This document shows positions 28,244 to 36,303 of a stretch of 64,000 nucleotides of DNA, piece after piece. This DNA is from a virus, in the IMG/VR virus record IMGVR_UViG_3300050150_000084, positions 19,052-83,051 of that record. The stretch is one strand, 5' to 3'. A program made the translations under genes and the position numbers. Numbering within the stretch: the first letter of the stretch is position 1; every line of letters starts with the position of its first letter. Under the pieces are notes generated by a model. It worked only from the letters and a program-made list of their open reading frames with translations, did no database searches and had not been told where the DNA came from.

Positions 28244-28678
28244 ATGGCTAAAGCGTTCATGCAGGGGTACTACGTACCCAAAAACCCTGATAAATACGTT
28301 GGTGATTTGTCGAAGATCCGTTATATGTCTTCTTATGAATATGAGACACATTCATTCTTTGACAACAATCAACGCGTATTAAAATGGTCAAGTGAGCCAT
28401 TCTCAATCCCGTACCTAAAGCCAACCGATGGGCGGTTGCACAAATACTATCCGGATTATTGGGTGCAGTATGTGACCAGCGACGGAGAGATCAAGGAAGA
28501 ATTGATCGAAGTGAAGCCTAGATCGCAAACATCGTCGCCTCGAGGTAACTCAAAGTACCGAGCGTATGAGCAGTTAACATTTGCTGTCAACCAAGCCAAG
28601 TGGGCAGCAGCTCGTCAGCTATGTGATCAAAAAGGCTGGGGATTCAGAATCATTACAGAGAAGTCGATTTTCAAATGA
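28244..28678 (+). CDS. Head completion nuclease (T4 gp4-like, TnsA-type fold)
   Basis: QGYYVPKNPDKYVGD..SSYE..WSSE..HKYYPD..IEVKP..VNQAKW. Confidence 0.85.
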   Translation: MAKAFMQGYYVPKNPDKYVGDLSKIRYMSSYEYETHSFFDNNQRVLKWSSEPFSIPYLKPTDGRLHKYYPDYWVQYVTSDGEIKEELIEVKPRSQTSSPRGNSKYRAYEQLTFAVNQAKWAAARQLCDQKGWGFRIITEKSIFK

Positions 28679-29118
28679 CAAACACCGTTACAAAAGAGAA
28701 ACTGATCGAGCATCCGCTCGAACAGGTATTCGATATTGAGCCAGGCACAACAATAACTGAGTTTGTTGAAGCTGTGCCGTCCATGGTTGTAACGCCTCTA
28801 ACTTACGACGACAAAGATACCGAAGTTGACACACAATATCAAGAGATTTACGACGTTGCAATGTCGCAGGTATCCGCGATCAGTGATGAAATGGCTCGAG
28901 TCGAAGGCCGCCACAAAGCTCGGATCGGTGAGGTAACAGCTACAATGCTAAACGTAGCACTGAGCGCTGCCCGTGAGAAGGCGCAATTGAAAATGCATAA
29001 AGACAAACTGTCATCCCGTGCTCCTGATGCTACTGGAATGCCTCAAGGATCCGGTAAAGCTGACGTGATTATTGCGGACAGAAACGAGATCCTCCGCGCA
29101 TTATTCAACAAAAAGTAA
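28675..29118 (+). CDS. Probable terminase small subunit (gp16-like)
   Basis: Helical 147 aa directly upstream of the large terminase. Confidence 0.55.
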   Translation: MTNTVTKEKLIEHPLEQVFDIEPGTTITEFVEAVPSMVVTPLTYDDKDTEVDTQYQEIYDVAMSQVSAISDEMARVEGRHKARIGEVTATMLNVALSAAREKAQLKMHKDKLSSRAPDATGMPQGSGKADVIIADRNEILRALFNKK

Positions 29119-29153
29119 GGTAACTCCGCATTTTTGTTTGATATATAGTGGGC

Positions 29154-30746
29154 ATGGCAGCCCCAAAAAACCCTTATCTAAAGCGTGCTAACGAACAGCA
29201 CGAATACACCACCGATCAGATTCTTGAGCTGCAGCGTTGCGCTGCAGACGCTGAATACTTCATCGACACCTATTGTCAAATTCAACACGCTGTTGAAGGT
29301 TCTATTCGATTCGCGCTGCGTCCGTATCAGCGCCGAATTATTAGCACATTTGCAAACAACCGATTGTCCATCGCACTAGCACCTCGCCAGATTGGTAAAT
29401 CTTGGATCGCAGGTGCTTTTCTTTTATGGTTTGCAATGTTCCACTTTGAAAAGACTGTCGTAATTGCATCTAACAAGAACGACAACGCTATGGAAATGAT
29501 TCACCGTGTTCGGTTTATCTACGAACGCGTTCCGCATTGGTTGAAGCCAGGACTGTCAGCTGACGGATGGAACAAGCACAGCTGTGGTTTCGACAACGGT
29601 AGCCGTATCATATCCCAAGCAACGTCTGAAAATACCGGTCGCGGTCTATCTATTTCACTACTGTTCCTTGACGAATTTGCATTCGTGCGTGACAGTATTG
29701 CTGAAGAATTTTGGACATCTGTATCACCTACCCTAGCAACCGGTGGTTCGTGTATTATCTGTTCAACGCCTAACGGCGACATCAACCGCTTCGCTCAGTT
29801 GTGGCGAGGTGCAAATATTCCGTCGCCTGACGATAAGACGGTTGGTATTAACGGCTTCGCACCAATCGAGGTCAAGTGGGATGAACCACCCGGCCGTGAC
29901 AAGAAATTCAAAGACGAAGAAACAGCCAAGATTGGCGAAACGCGGTGGAAACAGGAATATGAGTGTGAATTTATTTCTAGCGATCCCCTGCTGATCGACT
30001 CTGTCACACTAAAGAACCTTGCGGCTGTCACCGAAAAAATCAAACCAATTGGTATTGCTGGCGAGATTGTGTTCTACAAGGAGCCGATGCAGCACAACAC
30101 CTATCTCATTGGCATGGACGCTGCAACAGGATCCGGAGAAGATTACACAGCAATTGTGGCGTATGAATTCCCGTCAATGGATCAAGTCGCTGAGTTTCGT
30201 ACAAACACGATGTCGTCCGTTGCAGGGTATCACATGCTTAAAAAGATGCTGCGTATCTTTGAGCGGGCAGGATCAACCGTATATTTCTCCGTAGAGAACA
30301 ACGGTGTCGGTGAAGCTATTATTGCCCTCTATGAAGCTGATGAAGATCCTCCGATTACAGCGGAATTTGTGTCAGAAACCGGCCAAAAACGTCGTGGAAT
30401 GACAACGTCGGGTAAGACCAAGATTCAAGGCTGCCTTGCCTTGAAGGAAATGATTGAACGCAATAGCATGCACGTGAAATCGCTCGTTACTGTGCGCGAG
30501 CTGCAGAACTTCATCCGTGCTCGTGGATCATATGCTGCAAAGATCGGGGCAACCGACGACTTGGTGATGGCTACTGTGCTGGTTGTTCGACTACTGAGCG
30601 AAATCTCAACGTTTGACCAGGACGCATATGATAAGCTGTACTCACACGCTTATCTCAGCGACTCTGGATCGTCAAGCAACTGGTTAACATCGGATCGCCG
30701 CAGTGATGACGATGATGACGGAATGGCGGATATGGTATTGGGTTGA
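29154..30746 (+). CDS. gp17: Terminase large subunit
   Basis: Walker A APRQIGKS, GRGLSISLLFLDEFAF, STPNG, QEYECEF, nuclease GMDAATG..D and DDLVMA; no intein or intron. Confidence 0.96.
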   Translation: MAAPKNPYLKRANEQHEYTTDQILELQRCAADAEYFIDTYCQIQHAVEGSIRFALRPYQRRIISTFANNRLSIALAPRQIGKSWIAGAFLLWFAMFHFEKTVVIASNKNDNAMEMIHRVRFIYERVPHWLKPGLSADGWNKHSCGFDNGSRIISQATSENTGRGLSISLLFLDEFAFVRDSIAEEFWTSVSPTLATGGSCIICSTPNGDINRFAQLWRGANIPSPDDKTVGINGFAPIEVKWDEPPGRDKKFKDEETAKIGETRWKQEYECEFISSDPLLIDSVTLKNLAAVTEKIKPIGIAGEIVFYKEPMQHNTYLIGMDAATGSGEDYTAIVAYEFPSMDQVAEFRTNTMSSVAGYHMLKKMLRIFERAGSTVYFSVENNGVGEAIIALYEADEDPPITAEFVSETGQKRRGMTTSGKTKIQGCLALKEMIERNSMHVKSLVTVRELQNFIRARGSYAAKIGATDDLVMATVLVVRLLSEISTFDQDAYDKLYSHAYLSDSGSSSNWLTSDRRSDDDDDGMADMVLG

Positions 30747-30771
30747 CTGTTAAGGGGAAAGTCGTTATAGT
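30743..30771 (+). promoter_or_regulatory. sigma70-type promoter for HD-Pnk
   Basis: TTGACT-N17-TATAGT. Confidence 0.75.
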
Positions 30772-30794
30772 CACCGAAACTTTCGGAGAACGTA

Positions 30795-31940
30795 ATGACT
30801 GACACCTACCGCACCCAATTCGTGAAGCTGTTTGCTGATCTGCAAACCACCCCCATGTTCCAGCGCATGGAACGCACCGTGGAAGGCAGCCCCTGGCACC
30901 GCGAAGCGAATGTGTTGGTTCACACCCAAATGGTTGTGCAAGAATATCTCGACCGTACTGATGCTGAATGCGAATTTTTTGCTGAGCCGTGGGGTTGGTA
31001 CGACTACCTTGGTGCGCTTGTGTGTGCTTTCCACGACGTCGGTAAGCCTGCGGCTGAAAAGACTGTGTGGAGTCAGGAGCGTGGGGAATACCGGAGGTAC
31101 GGTGGTCACGAACTGATCTCTGCTCGCATGTTCGAAGACTACGCCACGTCGAACAAGCTGCTGTCGGCTAAGGACATCCGCGCCGTCAGCTGGATGATCG
31201 AACACCACATGCCCTGGTCTATCACCGACGAAACGAAGCTGGACTTCTTGGCTGCTACCGTCAATTCGATGGGGGAGAACATGCCCCAGGTTTGGTTCCG
31301 TGCTCTGCTGTCGGATCAGTACGGCCGTATCAGTGACGACAGCAACACCAAGCGTCGCAACTCTGATGAGTGGGTTGAGCAGATGCGTGCCCGAGCGAAG
31401 AACGCGGTTGTTGCGTGCGACCGTACCGAACACGTTCCCTCCCTGTGGATGCCGATCGCTCCGTCTGGCGCTGGCAAGAGCACGTTCCTGCGGCAGGCGC
31501 AGGCGAACGCTGCCAACGACGGTGAGCAGATCGATGTGTTTTCCCTGGATCTGCTGCGCCATGAGTTCTACGATGCTGACGACTACGCTAAGGCGTATGA
31601 GGGCTCTGTGAAGGACAAGTCGTTTGAGTTGCGAGCGAATGCTCGTTTTCACCAGATGGCTAAGGAGGCGTGGGCTGCTGGCCGCCACCTGTATGTTGAC
31701 AACACGAACCTGTCGGCCAAGCGTCGTGGTTGGTATTTGCGAGTCGCCAAGAAGCATGGTTTCCACACTGTTGCTGTGCTGATGCCGGTGTCGTTGGACA
31801 CGGTGTTGGCTCGCCAGCAGACTCGTGGTGATAAGAGCGTGCCTGAATCCGCTGTTCGTCAGCAGTACATGTCGCTTCAGCAGCCCTTGGTTGGTGAGTT
31901 CGACAACGTCTTGACGAGCGATCACAATCTCACTTCGTGA
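30795..31940 (+). CDS. HD-domain phosphoesterase fused to a P-loop polynucleotide kinase (HD-Pnk-like end-healing enzyme)
   Basis: PWHREANVLVHT..FHDVGK..GHE..EHHM..SDQYGR (HD domain); APSGAGKST, SLDLLR, VDNTNLSAKRR, RQQTR (AAA_33/Pnk kinase). Confidence 0.8.
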   Translation: MTDTYRTQFVKLFADLQTTPMFQRMERTVEGSPWHREANVLVHTQMVVQEYLDRTDAECEFFAEPWGWYDYLGALVCAFHDVGKPAAEKTVWSQERGEYRRYGGHELISARMFEDYATSNKLLSAKDIRAVSWMIEHHMPWSITDETKLDFLAATVNSMGENMPQVWFRALLSDQYGRISDDSNTKRRNSDEWVEQMRARAKNAVVACDRTEHVPSLWMPIAPSGAGKSTFLRQAQANAANDGEQIDVFSLDLLRHEFYDADDYAKAYEGSVKDKSFELRANARFHQMAKEAWAAGRHLYVDNTNLSAKRRGWYLRVAKKHGFHTVAVLMPVSLDTVLARQQTRGDKSVPESAVRQQYMSLQQPLVGEFDNVLTSDHNLTS

Positions 31941-31947
31941 GATTCAG

Positions 31948-31976
31948 TAAATAGGTAGGTGGAGACACCTACCTAT
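31948..31976 (+). promoter_or_regulatory. Late promoter embedded in an 11-bp hairpin that covers the SD and AUG
   Basis: TAAATA at 31948-31953 overlaps the stem ataggtaggtg-gaga-cacctacctat (31951-31976); ATG at 31975. Confidence 0.65.
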
Positions 31977-32535
31977 GACTGAACAATTGTGGACAATTCG
32001 GGGCGAACGGATCGTGAATCAGCTGAACGAAGTTTCAACTGTGTCCGATCTGGAAGATAACATTGAGCGTGAATTCCCCACGACCAAAAAACGGCAACAC
32101 GCCACAGGCGAGGTAACGGTTCAGGCCATCGAGTACATCCCGTATCTCGGCATGAAGATGTTGCACATTCGGTCAAACACAGTCAGCAACGGTAATCCAT
32201 ATAAGCAAGCAATTCAGTTGACCAAGGTTCCATTTAGCTCTCAGAGTGGTTCCGGCGTCATTACGTTGCAAGCTGCGGATGGAACAGAGTTCCACGCTGC
32301 TCCAATCAATCTTGCGATGCACAACGCAAAAGTTCGGTGCAACTGCATGGACTTCCACTACCGGTTCGCAAACTACAATGCGCAAGACAAGTCTTTGGTT
32401 GGAAAGCCGCCGCCCCCGTACGTGAAAAAGACCAATCGCCCGCCAGTTAACCCCAACCAAGTGCCGGGTTTGTGCAAGCACCTACTCAAAGTGGTTCAAC
32501 AAGTGCAAGCAACTGGGCTAATTCTGCCCAGTTAA
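31975..32535 (+). CDS. SWIM-type zinc-finger protein, function unknown
   Basis: VRCNCMDFHYRF...GLCKHL (CxC..CxH). Confidence 0.65.
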   Translation: MTEQLWTIRGERIVNQLNEVSTVSDLEDNIEREFPTTKKRQHATGEVTVQAIEYIPYLGMKMLHIRSNTVSNGNPYKQAIQLTKVPFSSQSGSGVITLQAADGTEFHAAPINLAMHNAKVRCNCMDFHYRFANYNAQDKSLVGKPPPPYVKKTNRPPVNPNQVPGLCKHLLKVVQQVQATGLILPS

Positions 32536-33269
32536 TTAGATCCCAAGATTTCCTTGACACGCGCCTCTTTGGCGCGTTTTGCCGCTTTATCCGCTGGTGA
32601 TTCAATGCCAGCAACAACAGCCTTGCCATCTTGGCTGCGCTTGAAGAGTTGACCGCGTGTCGCTGGTCGCTCAATAGACTTACCGATTGTGGATCGGACG
32701 ATGTTCTGCGCAATTGTAGATGGGTTGAATGCTTCCTCTACGGCAGGTGGCACAATCTCAATTGGTTGTTCCATAACAATCTCTTCAACTGGCGCTGGGG
32801 TTTCAATGACCGGGTCAACGATTTCAGGAAGCGTTACAGCTTCCTCAACAGCTTCCTTAACCTTGGCTGGTTTCTTCGGTTCGGCAGGCTTATCATCGTC
32901 TTGCTTCACCGTAAACGACGTCGTTACCTTTGGTTTAGATACGGATGGTTGGAACTTGACGGAAGGATCAGTAACCAACATTACAGTTCCAGCTGCTGGT
33001 TCAAAATAATACCCGTCAACGATCACTTCAACGCGGAAAGGCACGTTGCTTTCTTGCACTTGTGTGAGAGCTGGGAGCTTAGCTACCCACTTGTACTCTT
33101 CCCCGTCAATGCGTGAGCATTTGAAGGAATAGTCACACTGCTGCGCTTCGCTGGTAATGACAAAGCGAACGGTTGGAGGAGCAGTGTCATCCACGCCCTG
33201 AATCATAACATCGAATTCAAGGTCACTCTTCTTGGCTGGATTGATTTTAATAGTGGATGCGTCGCTCAT
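32532..33269 (-). CDS. Hypothetical late protein (Ig-like N-terminus, P/E-rich linker)
   Basis: 245 aa; late box at 33290-33296 on -. Confidence 0.6.
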   Translation of the reverse strand: MSDASTIKINPAKKSDLEFDVMIQGVDDTAPPTVRFVITSEAQQCDYSFKCSRIDGEEYKWVAKLPALTQVQESNVPFRVEVIVDGYYFEPAAGTVMLVTDPSVKFQPSVSKPKVTTSFTVKQDDDKPAEPKKPAKVKEAVEEAVTLPEIVDPVIETPAPVEEIVMEQPIEIVPPAVEEAFNPSTIAQNIVRSTIGKSIERPATRGQLFKRSQDGKAVVAGIESPADKAAKRAKEARVKEILGSN

Positions 33270-33288
33270 GGGTTTGTCCTTTGGACTA

Positions 33289-33702
33289 TTATTTATCGCG
33301 GGAGAAGATTGCTACCACCCGTTTTGATGCATGCTTGATCTGGTCAACGCCAACAGCAATGCGGGCGGTGGTGGCATTGACGAAGTTGATCACACGCACA
33401 AACTTGTCAGCTTGTCGATCAGACACCTTATAGGCCTTGCGCCACACCTTATCATTTGACATTTTGACGGTGATTTGTACCAGCTTAGGCGCCTTCGGTT
33501 TCGGCTTCCATGGCACATAAATGCCTGGTTGTGTAACAACCATACCTCCACCACCACCACCTCCCCCTGGAACTACCGGTGGTTCCAACACCTCAATCTT
33601 GCATCGAAATAGATGGAACCCCACTGTAAGCATGCCACAACACGCAGGCATGCCTAGTCCATTGGTAATCAATCCGCTATAGGTGTGTTTGAAGAGGGCC
33701 AT
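33289..33702 (-). CDS. Hypothetical late protein
   Basis: ATG at 33702 overlaps the upstream TAA (TAATG); poly-Gly stretch. Confidence 0.55.
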   Translation of the reverse strand: MALFKHTYSGLITNGLGMPACCGMLTVGFHLFRCKIEVLEPPVVPGGGGGGGGMVVTQPGIYVPWKPKPKAPKLVQITVKMSNDKVWRKAYKVSDRQADKFVRVINFVNATTARIAVGVDQIKHASKRVVAIFSRDK

Positions 33703-34286
33703 TAGCAAGTCGTCGGAACACGTTCGCAAACCTCTTGGACGCTAGGCATTCCACTGAAGTCTCGTAGGTTGAACGTTGTAAGAGGTGTAACACAGTCGTC
33801 ATCGTAGATGATCAGCTGAGCATTGTTGACATCAATTTTGGTGCGGTTACGTTGGTATTTCAACATAGTCTCTAACAGGGTGGTCATCGCAGCATCATTC
33901 AAACGAACCTCAGCAACGTCTGCTTGAACCTGTGACAAAGCCAATCCTGAAGATCCGGTTGTTTGGTGATCGGTCAAAGTTTGATCCCACACTGAAGACG
34001 CAATCTCTTCAACGTAACTTTCATTACCGCCAATTTGGTATCGATCACAGTCAGCCAATGTGTTCCCACCATCAAACGTGAATACGTAACTCTTTGCTGG
34101 ACTATACGTGGTAAAGTCATACCGATACCACCCCAATCCAATCTCAACCGCAGGTTCACCAACAACCACATGAGTGTTGCTTGCGGGATTGGTTGGGTTT
34201 AGCTCAAAGATATCAATCGTTGGCGTTAGTCCGATTTGGGGAACGCCAGCAGACGTAAAGTGAACGGTTAGTAATTTGCGGGCCAT
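33702..34286 (-). CDS. Hypothetical virion protein
   Basis: ATG at 34286 with SD AAGGAAG; late box at 34304-34310 on -; beta-rich N-terminus (EIGLGWYRYDF). Confidence 0.6.
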   Translation of the reverse strand: MARKLLTVHFTSAGVPQIGLTPTIDIFELNPTNPASNTHVVVGEPAVEIGLGWYRYDFTTYSPAKSYVFTFDGGNTLADCDRYQIGGNESYVEEIASSVWDQTLTDHQTTGSSGLALSQVQADVAEVRLNDAAMTTLLETMLKYQRNRTKIDVNNAQLIIYDDDCVTPLTTFNLRDFSGMPSVQEVCERVPTTC

Positions 34287-34364
34287 GTGACTTCCTTTAG
34301 TGATATTTATGACCGCCGATTGCCCCACAAGCGTCTCATAAATACGGTCTAACTGGTTGGATTT

Positions 34365-35453
34365 ATGAGTGTAATCGTAGCTAAATCAAATTCACGGTGT
34401 GCAACAGGCTCCTCTACCGTGTGTGACTTTTATCCTGTTGTGTCCGTTCAAAAAACTATGGCGGCCAGCAGCAGTGCCTCTATAGATTCAATCGCGGTAG
34501 CCATCGCACGAACAGCAAAGTGGATCGTAACTGTGACAAATGCTGACCGTAGCCGCATGCGCACGTTTGAGGTACATGCTACCCACCGTGCTGGCACAAA
34601 CCCCACATTTGTTACATACGGATTTGAAGGTAGTGTGTTCGCAATTACCCCGACTGTAACACTCGTTGGTAGCAATCTCGTGTTGTCAATCACCAACAGC
34701 GAACTAGTTGGGCTGGTGGTATACGCTACGCGCAAGATTGTCCCGGTTGATGATCAGCCTCAAGCAGCAACATCTTATCTCCCAATCTCCCAAAACACCG
34801 TAGTGATCCGAGCTCTACAACAGGGCTTAATCGATTTCATTCCGGACACAGACCTAGGTATGATGGCTGTCAAGCTGGCAATTACATTAACATCAGATAC
34901 CACCAGCGTATCATCGCAAGTGTTGGTTCAGCTGAGTTCAACCCCGAGAGGGGTTGAATACGCAGTTGTTGGATCACGTTCGCTGAATCATGATATCGTG
35001 CTCATTGAGGTTGCCAATCAAGGATTGGAAATCCTACTAACAAACCAAAGTTCCGAGGATATTGCAGTTGACGTCACCCGAGTCCCAGTACATTCAACGT
35101 CAGCAAACAACTGTGCGCCGTCCCAATCCGATATGAAGATTTGGCATCCGCAAATAGTATACATCGGTGCTGGTGTAACAAGGACTGTCGATACTGTTAA
35201 CGGCAGATATGTGTCTGGTGGTAAATGGCTACTTGGGGCCATTGACGTCCAAGATAATCGCACAATGGCATGTGAAGTGGGGTATAACACATTGCAGGGC
35301 GTCGCTGACCACTCCGTATACGGCACGATCGCCGACAAACTGAATCTAGCCTTCACCACTACGGTAGTTGCAGGCCGCCTGACTCTAGAGGTTAAGAACA
35401 ATGATGCAAACACAGTGCATATTAGCCTACTACGGGTTCCCACTACCTCATAA
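34365..35453 (+). CDS. Virion structural protein with three tandem beta-sandwich repeats
   Basis: Repeated ID/VD..AKW/GKW..E units; late box at 34338-34344. Confidence 0.6.
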   Translation: MSVIVAKSNSRCATGSSTVCDFYPVVSVQKTMAASSSASIDSIAVAIARTAKWIVTVTNADRSRMRTFEVHATHRAGTNPTFVTYGFEGSVFAITPTVTLVGSNLVLSITNSELVGLVVYATRKIVPVDDQPQAATSYLPISQNTVVIRALQQGLIDFIPDTDLGMMAVKLAITLTSDTTSVSSQVLVQLSSTPRGVEYAVVGSRSLNHDIVLIEVANQGLEILLTNQSSEDIAVDVTRVPVHSTSANNCAPSQSDMKIWHPQIVYIGAGVTRTVDTVNGRYVSGGKWLLGAIDVQDNRTMACEVGYNTLQGVADHSVYGTIADKLNLAFTTTVVAGRLTLEVKNNDANTVHISLLRVPTTS

Positions 35454-35485
35454 ATAGACTATTGTAACTGCGCAAAAGGCAAGCG

Positions 35486-36301
35486 ATGAGCGAATTTTTC
35501 CGAATTGTACGAGGACTGGAGATTGATGACAGCATCCGTATCCTTCAAGGAGCGGGGGCTCCCGGCTCCTCAACCGATACGAACAACGCTCAGCGTGGCT
35601 CCGTCTACCTAGACACCAATAACGGTAACATGTACACCAAAATTGACGTTGGTGTAGGTGTTTCAAAGTGGTCACAAGCAGGAACCGGCAGCGGTGGTGG
35701 CGGTGGAACCAATCTAGTCCTATATTCAGAAGCCCCAAGCGCAAACCCCACCACTCCAGCAACACAAGGCATTGATTCGATCGCGCTTGGTGTTGGTGCA
35801 CAAACAACGACCACTGCTCCTAGCTCAATCGCAATGGGGGAGCAATCAGTCGCTCGGCACCGTGGTGCCAATGTTTGGGCAAGCGGTCGCTTTACAACGA
35901 GTGGTGACTGCCAAGCAGGTCGGTACATGCTACGTGCAATCACCGTCAACGGAATTCAGACTGAAGCATTTCTGGATGGTACAAATGGTGTTGAGCGTCT
36001 GGTATTACCGGATGATAGCACATGGACATTCACAGCTACTGTCACTGCACACCGGACGGATGTGGGTGACGGTCACGCCGGATACAAGATTCAAGGGGTT
36101 GTGTATCGCAAGGCTGGAGCAAACACAATCACATTCCAGGGCGCTCCAACAAAAACAGTTTTGGCAGAGAGTAACATCCCCTGGGACATAAATATCACCA
36201 CCGACACCACGAATGGTAGTATCAATGCGTTCGTCACTGGACAAACCGGAAAAACAATTCGATGGGCCATACTTTTTGAAACACTTGAGGTTACAAACTA
36301 A
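35486..36301 (+). CDS. Short tail-fibre-like protein
   Basis: YadA-head-like SIALG/SIAMG repeats; C-terminal domain paralogous to that of the next gene; late box at 35450-35456. Confidence 0.65.
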   Translation: MSEFFRIVRGLEIDDSIRILQGAGAPGSSTDTNNAQRGSVYLDTNNGNMYTKIDVGVGVSKWSQAGTGSGGGGGTNLVLYSEAPSANPTTPATQGIDSIALGVGAQTTTTAPSSIAMGEQSVARHRGANVWASGRFTTSGDCQAGRYMLRAITVNGIQTEAFLDGTNGVERLVLPDDSTWTFTATVTAHRTDVGDGHAGYKIQGVVYRKAGANTITFQGAPTKTVLAESNIPWDINITTDTTNGSINAFVTGQTGKTIRWAILFETLEVTN

Positions 36302-36303
36302 TC

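Noticed and set aside
28244-28678. TnsA-like nuclease as a transposon or homing endonuclease
   Set aside because: It matches the T4 gp4 head-completion family in a packaging context, with no mobile-element ends.
30771-31925. 384-aa antisense ORF opposite HD-Pnk
   Set aside because: It shadows a motif-rich sense gene, has no motifs or SD of its own, and is explained by sense-strand codon bias.
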